A DNA stretch of 60,543 nucleotides from Fonticula alba ATCC 38817. Taxonomy: Eukaryota > Protista > Nucleariida. The notes under the pieces were generated by a model, which made no database searches, was not told the origin of the DNA, and worked only from the letters and a program-made list of their open reading frames with translations. The translations under genes were made by a program, and so were the position numbers. Position 1 is the first letter of the stretch. Each line of letters begins with the position of its first letter. The stretch is from assembly GCA_000388065.2 (NCBI GenBank), contig KB932201.1; one strand, written 5' to 3'. Of the stretch, positions 32,895-45,922 are shown piece by piece.

Positions 32895-35613
32895 CTACCG
32901 AGAGCTGGTATCCATGCTGCGAAGGAGGGAGCTTCGGGCCAGGGCAATCAGCTCGCAGGCGGTCTTCTGCGACATGGGAGGGCTTGCCATGAGGCCAGAG
33001 GGGAAAAGCGGATGCGGCGCCAGAGTTGGATCGGACCCGGCGATCTGCAACCAGCTCTCGGCCCGCTTGGCCTCCGGGGTCGTCGCCTCGGTGGCCTGAC
33101 TGGACCTGCATTGGGAGGATGAGTGTGAGAAAGGGGGGGGGGGGGAGGGGGAGGGCGAGCAAAAGGCAGGCACATGGAGGAGATCAGCCAGGCGAGCTGG
33201 ACGACACATCCGGCTGTGGACGCACGTCAAATCTGGGCCGAGCCCGAAAATGATGGACTTGGTGCCCTCCGGACGAAGGACCCAGGCAGTGGCGGTGTCA
33301 TCGCCAGTTGCCGGGGCAGCAAGGCTCCCGGCCGAGGCCAGTGCCCGAGCATCCAATCGGGCCACCCACAAAGCCACCACCGGCAGGTAGGCCGATCGGA
33401 GGAGAGCCAGCTCGGCACGCTCCTGATTTGAGTCGGCTGGGGCGGCCGGAGTCGCTGCGGCCAACAGCGAGCAGACCACCGGCAGAGGGACGCCCACGGC
33501 ATCGGCAGCGCCCATGGGGGCAGGACCATCGCTGGGCAGGACGTCCGCCTCGTTGGCCAGGTCCTCCAGGCGAGCCTGCCCCAGTGACTGGGACAGATCC
33601 ACCAGGAGCCGACGCGCAGTGGCAAGCGCCCCGGCATGATCGCCAGCCGCCGAGGCCGAATCCATGATCGAGGGGCTGGCCAAGGCGAGGGCCTGAGCCG
33701 CAGCCTCGAAGGCCGTGCACAGAGCCCCAGCGAGGCGAACAGATGCGGCGCCCGGGGCCCCGGCCGCCGGTCCCCCGGTGCCCAGGTCCGCCGCCGATCC
33801 GGCCATGTCAGCAAGAAGACCGCGGGCGCCAGGGCCAGCCAACACCGCGCGCACGGCATCCAGGCGCCCGGCGGCCAGGGCGCGACGCAGCAGCAGCCCC
33901 GCATGCGACAGCATGCTCAGGTACGGGCGAGCGGCGCCGCCAGCACCAGCACCGGCATCGGCATCGGAGCCGGCCAGCGAGGCCAAATGTTCGTCAACCA
34001 CCCCGGCAGCCAATTGGCGGCCGGATTCCACCCGACGGGCGAGGATCCCAGGCACCGGGAGCAGGTGCACCAGCCAAGTGAGGGTATTGACCGCGCGCAG
34101 CCAATCCTGGTCAGCCGGCGATCCGAGCAGCAGCGCACGGCGCACTTGGCGCCAGTGTACCAGATGCGCATCCTCCGGGATCCGGTCCAGCTCGTCCGCA
34201 AGGGACCCATCAGCCAGCCCGGTGTCAATGTCCATCGGGTCATCGGGGGGGGCGGGCAGGCCCAGCATCGCCGCGGCATCGAGCCGACCGCGCAAGGCCG
34301 CACCAACCACCTCCGAGCCCGGCGACTCGGCCGGCGGGAGGGCAATGGCCAGCTGGTCCAGTGCCGTCGGAGTCAAGCCCGTCGGCAGCCGGATCAGCGA
34401 CCAGAGTAGCGCCGCTTCGGCCGAGGCCAGGTCATCGAGCGGGGCATCCGTCAACACGGTCGGGTGGCGCTCAGGGAGGGAGGCCATGAGAGCCCGCACA
34501 CGCGCCCGACCAGCCGGAATGTGACTCAAGTCCGGGCAGCCGGCAAAGTGGACGGCCAAAAGATGCCCGAAAGTGGACTCGGCCAGGGCCAATGAGGACA
34601 GATACACCGGAGCGGCCAGCCATTGGTTCGGGAGGTCGTCAGCCGGGAGGTCACTGGCCAAAGAGAAAGCCAGAGCACCGGGCATCTGGGTGCATGCCAA
34701 CAGGATGCCATATAGGCAGGCCAGAGTATCGACAGTATGCTGCCGGGCAGGCGTCGGCACACCGACGACCGAGTCCTCGGCCAGGGCCAGACCCAGGTGC
34801 GTGGCAAAGCGCAGCACCTGGACAAATGGCACCAAGGGGCGGAGGGCATTCGAGTCCTTGCCGATCAATTGAAGCAACCCCCCGGGCACTTGAGCCTGGA
34901 GGAAGTGGAAGCACCGGTCAAGGGCCTGCCAAGGGCGCTGGAGGGCAATGTCTCGCTGCAGCAGGCGCCACAGCCGGGGCAACGAGCACCCGGCCGAGGA
35001 GGCCGGATCCAGCGGATCGACAATCCCGGCGTCTGCGAACAAATCCATCACCAGGGCATCTGGGGCCTGGGAGGCCAGAGAGCCGGCCTCGTCTTGGATG
35101 CCGGGCTCCTGTTCGGCGACCGCCAGCAAGTGGCCCAGGCCGCAGAGGGGATTCAGGCCGAGGGCGGCTGAGAACCGACCACGATGCTGATGCGCCTCAT
35201 CGGCCAGGCGCTCATCCTGCGTCAGACAGTGCATCCAAAAAAGGTCCTCCCAGCGTCGGTCTAGGGCTTCAGATGCCGCGGCGGCCGCTGCCCGGAAGAC
35301 TGCTGTATCAGTCGGATCAGCGAGGGCCCCAACCAGCGGGCTTCCGGGAGGGGACGAGCCCCCGGGGCCGGGGGCCGCGACACCTGGTGGACCTGGTAGC
35401 CCGGGGTGGAATGCATGTGCAAAGAGCAGGGGCTTTCCGGCCAGCGCGCCCAGCAGAGCCCGCTCGCCAAGGGGAATATCCGCCCCGAGGGCCGCCCCGA
35501 GGCAGGTGCGCTTCCAGAGGGTGCGGTTGGCAAAAAGGGGGTCTGGGCACCACCAGGCAGGAAGAGGAGGGGGGGAAATGGGTGGAGGAGTGACAAGTGT
35601 CGAGGAGAGCAAG

Positions 35614-35661
<48 letters not shown>

Positions 35662-35669
35662 TGAGTGTT

Positions 35670-35709
<40 letters not shown>

Positions 35710-36765
35710 CATGCGCGCGTGTGCTTCAAAGGGGAGAATGAAGATAACAAGCACCGAGGCTGACACGCACCATCAGCCGAAAGGGCACCCTGGGCCAGGG
35801 ATCGAAGGAAGGGTGACAGCCAAACACCGCCAGGGCCGCTGGGCTGCAGGGCCTCCTTCAATTGGCCTCGGCGAAGGAGGTGCAAGACATGATCAACAGC
35901 CGCGGCGTCCTGCGAGGGGGTCTGCTTGGAGGTCTCCACCGGATGCTGGGAGCTCGGTCGAGCCGGGGTAGAGCCCCGAGTCGCAGGCAGCCGGGGAGAG
36001 ACGGGGCTCGGGCGACGAGGGGTCGACTCCTCGACCCACAGCCGCAGCAGCTGGCAAGTGAAAAGCCGGATGGGGGATGTCAGCTGCCGGTGTGTTTGGC
36101 CGCGAGGGCGGCCGGCCGGGAGGCCAAGCAGAGACGGCATGTCGGCCAGCACACGTGCGTACCTTGGTGAGGGCAGATGCAGAGCCGAGCTCCTGCGGAG
36201 TCGCACGGGCAACCAGATTCAGGAGCAGCCAGGTGTCGCTCTCAACCTTCCAGAAGGCGGCTCCGGGTGAAGTCCGCGAGGCGAGATCATTGCTGGTGAA
36301 GCTTCGTTGTTGAATTCGAAGAGAAGGCGATGTCAGAAGGAGAAGGGTGGTAATGCCCCAGAGGGGGGGGGGGGGCGGGGGAGGGGATCATTCATCGTGG
36401 TGGCAGCTCGTGACGCACAGATAATCGGTCAGGTGTTGGAGCAGGGCCGCACGATAGGCCAATGGCGGACCCTCGGGCAGGGGAGTCGTCGCCCGGCTAG
36501 CCAAGAAGCCGGAGGCCTCCGGGTCCAGGTGCCCGCGAAGCTGATCCATCGATGTGCCGGGAGGCACGGTCGACACCCGGGCAAATGTCAGACACAGTGG
36601 CATGGGCAGGGCGTCGGGCATGCCGACTGCCGGGTCGGCAGCCAGACGGCCACACTTGGAAGTCGGCTCCAGCACGTGGAGGTCAGCCGACGGTGAGCGC
36701 TTCGCCGACGGGGCAGCTTGGCCCCGGACGCTCATCGGGGTATCCACCGCGCGAGCCTGCATCAT
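32895..36765 (-). CDS. NUP107: Nucleoporin Nup107/Nup84; 5' end uncertain
   Basis: Family motifs ESDTWLLL, VLHLLRRGQLKEA, NRTLWKRTC, ERALLGALAG and WEDLFWMH appear in the expected order across several exons, followed by a long helical remainder. Confidence 0.83.
35618..35712. repeat. Compound (GT)n(AT)n(GT)n microsatellite within a Nup107 intron
   Basis: Seen directly. Confidence 0.9.
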
Positions 36766-37581
36766 GGGGCTGCAAAGAGAGAGAGAGGGAAAGGGGACAA
36801 TCCGGCACAAAGGAGGAGAGGATGCAGATGAAGGGCACGCGAGGAGAGGAGTGTCGAGGTTGTGGGAGGATATGGCCAGTATCCAGTGCCTCTTAGCAGG
36901 TGAGCCGGGCCTTGTCGGGGGGAGCCCCCTGCATCAAGGCCCTCCCACTCCTCGTCTTCGTTTGGAGCGGAGAGTCATCATGCCGGTTGCGGGATCTAGA
37001 GGCTGTGGGCAGCGGAGGGGGGGAGGTGGGGGGGAAGGGGGGGCCCGACGCGAACGATGGAGCAGGCGGGCAGTTTCCACGCCGCGCGATTGCCCACGGA
37101 TGGTACCAACGGCGCGTCGTGATCCGGCCATCTGTTGGACCGCCCGCTATTGCTTGACCGGGGGGCTATTGGTAGTAGCCATCTACCGGTCGCGCCAACG
37201 GCCACCGCTTGGTAGACCCCGCCGCGGGCTTACTTCCCGGGGCGGGGATGCACATTTCAAAGGGAGGCTCATTTCCGCCGGCCACGCCATTACTACGCAC
37301 CCGCGCGATAAAAATCGCTGTCTTGACCCCCCCCCCCCCNNNNNNNNNNNNNNNNNNNNNNNNNNNNNNNNNNNNNNNNNNNNNNNNNNNNNNNNNNNNN
37401 NNNNNNNNNNNNNNNNNNNCTTCTTCTTCTTCTCGGACTGGAGGAGGAGGGGGGCCCCCCGCGCCCGTCCTCCCCCTCGCGCCCATTTGCCTGCCATCTA
37501 AATCCCCCCACGGCAGTCCCCCTGCCCTTTGTCGTCCACTTCTCTCGCCCGGGCAGGCACCTTCCCCTCCTTCCTGTGGAA

Positions 37582-40500
37582 ATGGTAGGATTCCTCCACT
37601 CCCCGCGCTTTCTCTGGCCGAGCCCACACCCCCCCCCCCCCCCTAACCTGTTGTTGACCATACAGCCGAGCGCCACGCCTCCCGCCCACTCGCCAGGGCG
37701 GTCGCTACGACTATCCATTCGGACGTCGGCACCGGGGCCAGCCCCCCCGCGTGGATCCTCCCCCGAGCCACACGGCTCCTCGGAGACTGCCTCCCGAGCG
37801 TCTGCACCGACCAGCAAGGCGGTCTCCTTCTCATTGGACGTCTCCGCCGAGCCAGGTGCCACCGGCGGCAGTCCAAGCCGCGCAATGGGCCGTCTCCCGT
37901 TAAAGATTGGAGCCAGTCAGGTACGCGCTTTTGTCCCCTCCCTCCCTCCCTCCCTCCCTCTCTCTCTCTCTCTCTCCCTCCCTGCCTGGTCCCTCCCCCG
38001 CCGCTATGGCGGAACGAGGACGAGGAGGGGCGCGTCTCTCAAAAGCCCGGTGGCCGGATCTGTGATTGACCCTTCCCTCATTCGTGCCAGACTCCGAGCA
38101 TCCCACCGACCGATGGGGATCTCGATGCCGGGTCGCCGCCCAGTGCCAAGCGCCAGTGCGTGTCCCTGTCTCTGGCCCCGGGGGTGGGGGATGCCACGAC
38201 TTCGCCAGGCCATGGGCGTGCCTTACGGATTTCCCTCGGGCCGTCTCTCAACATTCGTGTGAGCCAGTCCGTGTCGGGTTCCACCGGTGGACAACCCCCG
38301 GCGGAAAAGCCCCCAGCATTGTCGGACCCGCCAAAGTTGGCGGAGGCCGTGGAAACACCGGTGTCCAAGCCGGTGCCCGAGGACCCAGGCCCCATGCCCG
38401 AGCCTCCGGAGGTGCCTGCTGGCAGTTGTGCGGCCTTTGCGGCCGTCGTTGCGGCCTTGATCGATCCGCAGCTGGTTCCGTACCAGGACGCCTTTTTGGT
38501 GCGGCCGGCGGCCGAGCAGCGGGCACGCATCACCCGTGATCGTGTGCTGTCAGCTCCGCCAAGGGCCATCCGTGCGGCGGCCCTGCATGCGGCTGGCTAT
38601 GTCAATGGACTGGTGGCGTGGCGAGCGGCCCGGCTGGCCCGGCTGGCGGCCGGGGTCGATTCGCCGGACACCCTCACCGATGGGGAGCGAGCCATGCTCC
38701 AATCGCCGGGGCCTCGCCCGATCCCGGTGACTGTGGCACACATTGCTCACACGTATGACTTTTCGCCCTTCACCCTTGGCGGGGAGGAGCCATGTCGCCC
38801 CCCGACCCTGGAGCTAGATCCTCCTGGGACTCGCCCGACGGTCTCCCGGGCGCAGGTGGTCAATGTGGCTCGGGCTCATGCGGTGCCCACTTTCCAGTCG
38901 GACCGGCAAATTCTGGTCCCATCGTCGGTGGTTCGTCTGGAGGCGCTGTCGCTGGAGGATCTCCGCGCCCATGCGGCCGAAGCCACCGAGGCACGTGGGG
39001 AAATGGCTGACACCGCCGAGGCGAGTGTGACGGCCGAGGCCGAGCGGTCCGGGGTCGATGTCAAGCCTGAGCCCTTGGTGGCAGCCCCCCTTGGCGACAA
39101 GGCCCTTGAGGCGGCCCAGGGCTTTCTCTGTGCTTTGGACTTCGTTGAGCCGACCACCCTGTTTGTGACACACTTCGACCTGTCACGGGCACTTGGCGTC
39201 ATCCGGGGATATCGACTGCTGGATATCTATCCGACCATGAAAGAGGGGTCAACCTTCGGGCCGCAGGTGTTCACTCGTCCGGAGGTCGGGCCCTACTTTG
39301 GCCGGGAGTGCGGCATTCGGCAGAACAATGAGCAGGAATCGGAAGAGCTGGTCAGTCGGGGATTCTTCAATCGGACGCTGCGCGGGCGTCGATCGACCAT
39401 CGGTACGCGATGTCCGAGCACCTCTCTCCCCGCTCCTTCTGGGTGTTCTTCATTTGCTTGCCTCCTCTCTTCCTTTTAGAGAGTGGGGCGGGGGGTGGGA
39501 CAAGACAGGCAAGGGGGAGGGGAATTTGCCCTCCAACTGGGCCACTGACTTGCTGCCATGCAACTGGCCGGCTTCTGCCAGTTCCCTTCTTCAGTGCCTG
39601 GCTGGCGGCGCATCTTTATGGCGACTTCTCGCGACTGTACTGGAGCAACCTGGGCCAGGCATGTCGCGAGCACACCAGCCCTCAAACAGCCGAGGCCCTG
39701 GCCGTGGCCGAGGCTCTTCCGCCGCGGGTGCGGGCATTCCCCCCGGCGGCGGACGAGCAGTCGGAGCTCTGCACCGAGGCAGCCAACAGCCAGGCCCTGA
39801 AAGCCATCACCCCGGCAGTGGTATACCTGGTCCGGGGCTGGCTCTATGCGTTGCCGGATGATCCGGCCCTCTTTGCGCAATTCACACATACCCGCCACGG
39901 TGGCGGGGGCTCAGCCTCGCGGGCTCTTTCTCGGCATTCAACTCCCCCTGCTGGTGGCCGGACTGCCGGGCAGCAGGCACTGACTCCCCCGCTGCCGGGG
40001 ACCGACCGCGCGGGTGCCTCGAACGCCGTGCCGGGAGCTGGCGCGGCCTCGACCATCGGGGAACAGGCGCCAGGGCTGCTGGCCGCGGCGTCGCATGCGC
40101 CGGTGGTGTCCCAGCGTTTGGATCACCCGGGCGTCGGACTGACCCCGGTGATGCCGCTGCTAGCTGGCCTGACAGGCATTGGCGTTCCGCCGTCGGAGCT
40201 GCCGGCCGCGGCGCTGGGATCGCGCGCCGGGTCGGTGGCCGGATCGGCGGCATACAACCGCCAGATGTCAGCCCTCCGGCGACCGCTGTCCGAGCGTGCA
40301 TTCATTGAGCCCCATACACGGGTGCTGTATGTGCCGCAAGCGGGTCTGCCACGGGCGGCGTTGGACCAGCTGGCTGTGCATCGCGGGCAGGGAGTTCCCA
40401 TGTCGGGGTCCTTCCCGCTGGCCCTGCTTCCGGGCCAGCCACAGGATGCCTGGCCGCACATGTACGTGTTCACCCGTTTGCCTGCCCTCTCTTTCCGGCA

Positions 40501-40757
40501 CTTGCGCATGCACATGTCCGTGTATATGTGTGCATGTCACTGACACACTTCTTGGAATATGCACCAGCCCTGATGCCATTCTCGAGCACTTGGAAAGCAC
40601 AACTTCCCGGCAGCCGGGGCTGGATGGCTCTGGGCCGCTGGTGGTCCCGCCGATCCCACACCACATTTGGAGCTCGGTCGCGCCGGAGGGCACGTTCCCC
40701 TTCCAGGCCGCCTCAGCATCGACCCCCGCATCGCCCACCGGCGAGAGGAAGATCTGA
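37582..40757 (+). CDS. Multi-exon hypothetical protein (~850-900 aa), no recognised family
   Basis: An ATG|GTAGGA start-codon intron (37585-37665) is followed by long ORFs 38160-39479 and 39410-40543 with globular-looking blocks (AHTYDFSPFTLGGE, LCALDFVEPTTLFVTHFDL, FGPQVFTRPEVGPYFG, GDFSRLYWSNLG). The last exon ends at 40757. Confidence 0.6.
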
Positions 40758-40832
40758 TACGCATGCAAAATGGCCGCTCCTGCACACTCTCTCTCCCCCT
40801 CCCCCTGTGACGACGTGTGTTCGGGCATCTCC

Positions 40833-40840
40833 CCCCCCCG

Positions 40841-40873
<33 letters not shown>

Positions 40874-40877
40874 ACCC

Positions 40878-40916
<39 letters not shown>
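40833..40916. repeat. Long poly-C tract (~84 nt, few interruptions)
   Basis: Seen directly; lies downstream of the plus-strand hypothetical gene. Confidence 0.9.
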
Positions 40917-41429
40917 ACTGCGCGCCCCTTGAAGCGGTCACCGCTAAGATGCCCTGGCGGAGTGGCTACCGGGCGGCGCCGGGGGGGCGGGGGGGCGGGG
41001 GCCAGACGGGGTTGCTCGATGCCCGGGCTATGCNNNNNNNNNNNNNNNNNNNNNNNNNNCCCCCCCCCCCCCCCCCCCCCCCGCCCAGACAGCCTCAATC
41101 CGGCAAGGAACCGCCGAATAGACACGGCGCCCAACAAAATGTGCAGCCATCGGATGTGTCGAGCCCAGCCCCGACCGCGAGAGATTGCGGTACTGTGCGC
41201 GTGGGAGGGAGGGACAGGGAAGGGCACAAAGGGGAAGATATACATGTATATGCTATATTACACTTGGGCTTTTTTTAAAGTGACAGGGGCTGGGGAAGTT
41301 GTATATGCGTGTGTGTGTGCGTGTGTGTGCAGTGGGGGGTGGGGGGGGGGGAGAGAGATGAGTAGAGGGACGCGGCAGAGCGAGGGGAGCAGCCCCTTGC
41401 TCCTGCCTGGGGGCGGTCTATAAATGAAT

Positions 41430-42518
41430 CTACTCGGACTTGGAGCGCTTCTTCTTCTTCTCGGACTGGAGGAGGAGGGGGGGGGGGGGACAGTGGAGGT
41501 GTCAATAAACAAGGCAGCTCACGCAAACAAAAGTCCATGGGAACCGCATCAGCAACCGGTAGTGAGAGATGGAAGCGGGGAGGGGGGGGGGGGACGCACG
41601 TCGTCGGACTTCTCCTTCTTCTCCTTCTTCTCCTTCTTGTCCTTCTTCTCCTTCTTCTCGTCCTTGTCCTTCTTCTCCTTCTTCTCCTTCTTCTCCTTCT
41701 TGTCGTCGGACTTCTCCTCGGCCACAACGGCCGGGGTGGCGGCGGGGGCAGCAGGAGCGGCGGCGGGAGCGGCAGCAGGGGCCGGAGCGTCGGGGGAGCT
41801 GAAGCAACAAGCGTGTTAGAGAGGTCGCATGAAGGTGGCTGGGCATAGGGACAGAGGGGGGGGGGGGGGGGGGGGGGGGGAACCGGGAAAGACGCACGAA
41901 TAGTCGACGTAGTTCTTGGACCAGGAGGCCGGGGTGGCGGCGGTGGGCTTGCCGTGCTTGTCCAGCTTGCCAGCCTTGATGAGGCCCTTCTTCTCCTGGG
42001 CCTTGGGGCCGAGACCCCAGCGGCGGGGGTAGGTATCACGCTCCATGATGACACGCTTGATCTTGGCAACAACGCCATGGTCGCAGGTGGACATCTGGGC
42101 GGTGGACATCTCGGCCACGGCCAGGGCAATGGCCTCACCCTTGGTGGTCATGAGGACAACCTCCTCGCCAGACTCGATGCCATTCTCGTAGCGCAGCAGA
42201 CCGGGGATCATGAGCTTGGCGCCGTAGCAGATGGCGTTGACCGAGGAGTCCTTGACGACGACACGCTTGTACGAAACGAGAAGGCTCTCCAGGGGGCGGA
42301 CGACGCGGCGGAGGTAGGACTCTGGAGCGGGGGGATAGGGGAGGGGGGAGGTGAGCATGAGGGGTAGGGGAGGCAAGAGGGGCGCGAGGCACAGCGGCCA
42401 CATGGGCATGTGTGGATACACGAGGGGGGGGGGGCGCACCGTCACGAGAGTTGTCGTAGACATACTGGGCATCGAGGATGTCGTGCATGGTGACCATGTT
42501 GTCCTGTGCATATTGTGT

Positions 42519-42559
<41 letters not shown>

Positions 42560-43562
42560 CGCGAACGAAGGCAACGAGGAGGGGAGCGGGACTCAGAGGG
42601 TCAGCATCTCAGGAAGGGAGATTGGAAGCAGCCGAGAGGCGGCCAGAGGGGGAGGGGAGAGGGGGAGGAGGGAGAGAAAGACGCACCTGCTCAGAGGTGT
42701 GGCCGGAGCGGACACGACGAAGCTCCTGCATGTGGCCACCGGCGCCGAGCAGCAGACCAAGGTGCACGCAGAGGGTACGGATGTAGGTACCGGCCTCGCA
42801 CTTGACCCAGAAGACGGCCAGGTTGCGCTCGTTGTCGAACTCGAAGACCTTGCTCTCGTAGATGGTGCGCACACGGAGGACACGCTTGACGGCCGAGATG
42901 AGAGGCGGGCGCTGGAACAGAGCGCCAGTCAGGGTCTCCACCGCCTGGTAGAGCTTCTTCTCGTCGTCGAGGGCCTCGTGCAGGCGGAGGACCGCGACGT
43001 ACTCCTTACCGGCAGACTGCTGGGACTTGACCAGGCGAGTGGCGCGGTCGACGCAAACAATCAGGCAACCAGTGACCTTCGGGTCCAGGGTGCCCGAGTG
43101 GCCGGTCTTGTCGCAGCGCAGAATGCGGCGAATCCAGGCGACCACCTCATGGGAGGAGGGGTTGGCCGGCTTGTCGAGGTTGATCACACCATACTGGATG
43201 TAATCGCGAAGAGGGCGCTTCAGGGGCGAATGGCCGGAGGGGATGGGGACGTAGTGGCCGGTGCGAACGTTGAGCTTGTCGTAGTTCTGTGGACCATGAG
43301 AGGGGCCATGATTAGCGCGCATGTGGGGCAGCAGGGTGGGATGGGGCGGGGGATGCAATATGGGTCAGGCATGTTTGCGTATAGGCATCGGTGTTTGTGC
43401 GATGGGGAGAGGAGAAGAACACCGGGAAAGGGGAGTCCCGGGGCGCGAGAAGCGCGAGGGGCAGCAGGGGATGATAAAGGCGGACCTTGAGGAGCAGAGG
43501 CCACTCCGAGGTGTTGAGCACCGGGGCGGAGGAAGCCTCGGGCTTGATGGTGTGGTCGACGG
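41430..43562 (-). CDS. DKC1: H/ACA snoRNP pseudouridine synthase dyskerin/Cbf5; first exon lost in N gap 43714-44343
   Basis: Motifs EWPLLLK|[31 protein letters not shown], catalytic [23 protein letters not shown] and [10 protein letters not shown]; PUA domain [17 protein letters not shown]; [17 protein letters not shown]; KKE-repeat tail; last exon [11 protein letters not shown]-stop. Confidence 0.98.
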
Positions 43563-44970
43563 CTGGATGCACAAGCAGAAAATCGGCGGACGAGGCAGGG
43601 AGGATGCCGGGGGGGGGGGGGGGCGAGGACCAGCGGTGGAAGCAGGCGAGGAGCGGGAAAGGGCCTGGTGCAGTGGCGGTGACGGCAATGGGAGCGACAG
43701 GATAACAACGACGNNNNNNNNNNNNNNNNNNNNNNNNNNNNNNNNNNNNNNNNNNNNNNNNNNNNNNNNNNNNNNNNNNNNNNNNNNNNNNNNNNNNNNN
43801 NNNNNNNNNNNNNNNNNNNNNNNNNNNNNNNNNNNNNNNNNNNNNNNNNNNNNNNNNNNNNNNNNNNNNNNNNNNNNNNNNNNNNNNNNNNNNNNNNNNN
43901 NNNNNNNNNNNNNNNNNNNNNNNNNNNNNNNNNNNNNNNNNNNNNNNNNNNNNNNNNNNNNNNNNNNNNNNNNNNNNNNNNNNNNNNNNNNNNNNNNNNN
44001 NNNNNNNNNNNNNNNNNNNNNNNNNNNNNNNNNNNNNNNNNNNNNNNNNNNNNNNNNNNNNNNNNNNNNNNNNNNNNNNNNNNNNNNNNNNNNNNNNNNN
44101 NNNNNNNNNNNNNNNNNNNNNNNNNNNNNNNNNNNNNNNNNNNNNNNNNNNNNNNNNNNNNNNNNNNNNNNNNNNNNNNNNNNNNNNNNNNNNNNNNNNN
44201 NNNNNNNNNNNNNNNNNNNNNNNNNNNNNNNNNNNNNNNNNNNNNNNNNNNNNNNNNNNNNNNNNNNNNNNNNNNNNNNNNNNNNNNNNNNNNNNNNNNN
44301 NNNNNNNNNNNNNNNNNNNNNNNNNNNNNNNNNNNNNNNNNNNCCCCCCCCCCGTCTCTCCCACTCCGTGTCCAGAGACCGTGCAGCCTCCTCCCCCCGC
44401 CGGCCTCGCGGTGATCCACATGGTTGAAGGGGAGAAATTGGATAGGGCCCTAAGCGTCTGCTCGTGATCTCGTCTTTGTCGGGTGATATGGCCCTTCATG
44501 GGCGTGACCCTTTCCGGGCATAGTTTTGCCCAGTCAATGGCCGGGAGGGAGGCTTGCGTGCTGGTGGCGCAGAACCCAGGGGGGCGCGCATATCTCTCCC
44601 GCGAAGCTTCTCCCTCTCTCCGCCACTTGAGGGTGTCCACCAATCCACAGGCCTCAGACTGTCCGGGGGGGGGGGAGCAAGGGCCTTTTAACCGATCAAA
44701 GGCGGGAATATGGTCGGATTTATATGCGTGAGGATTTGTGTGTGCCGACCCTTGTACGTGGCTCCGTTGCATGCGCCCGGCGGGCGCACTTTTCCAGGAG
44801 TGGGCTTGGGTCATTTCCGCGCTTTTCCCGGGCCGTGCGAGGGATATGCACGGGTGTATGTTTTCGCATCCCTATGTAGGGGGGACCGCTGCGGCCCTGC
44901 CGTTCCTGGTTGGCGTCTTGCCAGGGCGTCCCCGGAGTGGATAACCCAAAAGTATAGCCCGCTGGATTGT

Positions 44971-44971
44971 G

Positions 44972-45014
<43 letters not shown>

Positions 45015-45033
45015 ATGCGTGCGTGCATGCGTG
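44971..45033. repeat. (GTGC)n tetranucleotide repeat in the divergent DKC1/SNase intergenic region
   Basis: About 15 near-perfect GTGC units seen directly. Confidence 0.9.
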
Positions 45034-45922
45034 CGAGAGCAGCCAGCCCCTGAGGGTGGCGAGGGGGGCGGCCCCGATTTTTCCAAATGTGAGTTTCGGG
45101 CGTTGTGGGAGCCAGAGCAAGCACAGCCTACAGATGGATCAGGGGAGCCGAGGACACTTTTAGAGACTACACCGGCGGGAGGGGCGGGGCAGGGGCGAAG
45201 ATTCAACGCTGCTGGCGGTCGCTATGGTGGGCGAGGGAGACCCCCCGCCCCCGCCGGCTGTTCTCTCTGGCCCGGGCTGCCGCGGGCCCCGATCGGGGTG
45301 CGCCAGTGCGATGCCCCGGATAGGCGGGCCTTGGGTGAGGGCCTTGGGTGCGGACCTTTCGGGGCCGGACGCCCCCCCCCCCCCCCCCNNNNNNNNNNNN
45401 NNNNNNNNNNNNNNNNNNNNNNNNNNNNNNNNNNNNNNNNNNNNNNNNNNNNNNNNNNNNNNNNNNNNNNNNNNNNNNNNNNNNNNNNNNNNNNNNNNNN
45501 NNNNNNNNNNNNNNNNNNNNNNNNNNNNNNNNNNNNNNNNNNNNNNNNNNNNNNNNNNNNNNNNNNNNNNNNNNNNNNNNNNNNNNNNNNNNNNNNNNNN
45601 NNNNNNNNNNNNNNNNNNNNNNNNNNNNNNNNNNNNNNNNNNNNNNNNNNNNNNNNNNNNNNNNNNNNNNNNNNNNNNNNNNNNNNNNNNNNNNNNNNNN
45701 NNNNNNNNNNNNNNNNNNNNNNNNNNNNNNNNNNNNNNNNNNNNNNNNNNNNNNNNNNNNNNNNNNNNNNNNNNNNNNNNNNNNNNNNNNNNNNNNNNNN
45801 NNNNNNNNNNNNNNNNNNNNNNNNNNNNNNNNNNNNNNNNNNNNNNNNNNNNNNNNNNNNNNNNNNNNNNNNNNNNNNNNNNNNNNNNNCCCCCCCCCCC
45901 CCCCCCCTTTCCTCAGGCCGCT

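Noticed and set aside
41496-41560. Hairpin plus ACA in the last dyskerin intron as an H/ACA snoRNA
   Set aside because: Only one imperfect hairpin, no H box, and the ACA overlaps the likely branch point (TTGAC) ~30 nt from the acceptor.
41600-41710. TTC/CTT periodic repeat as an independent element
   Set aside because: It is the coding KKE-repeat tail of dyskerin.
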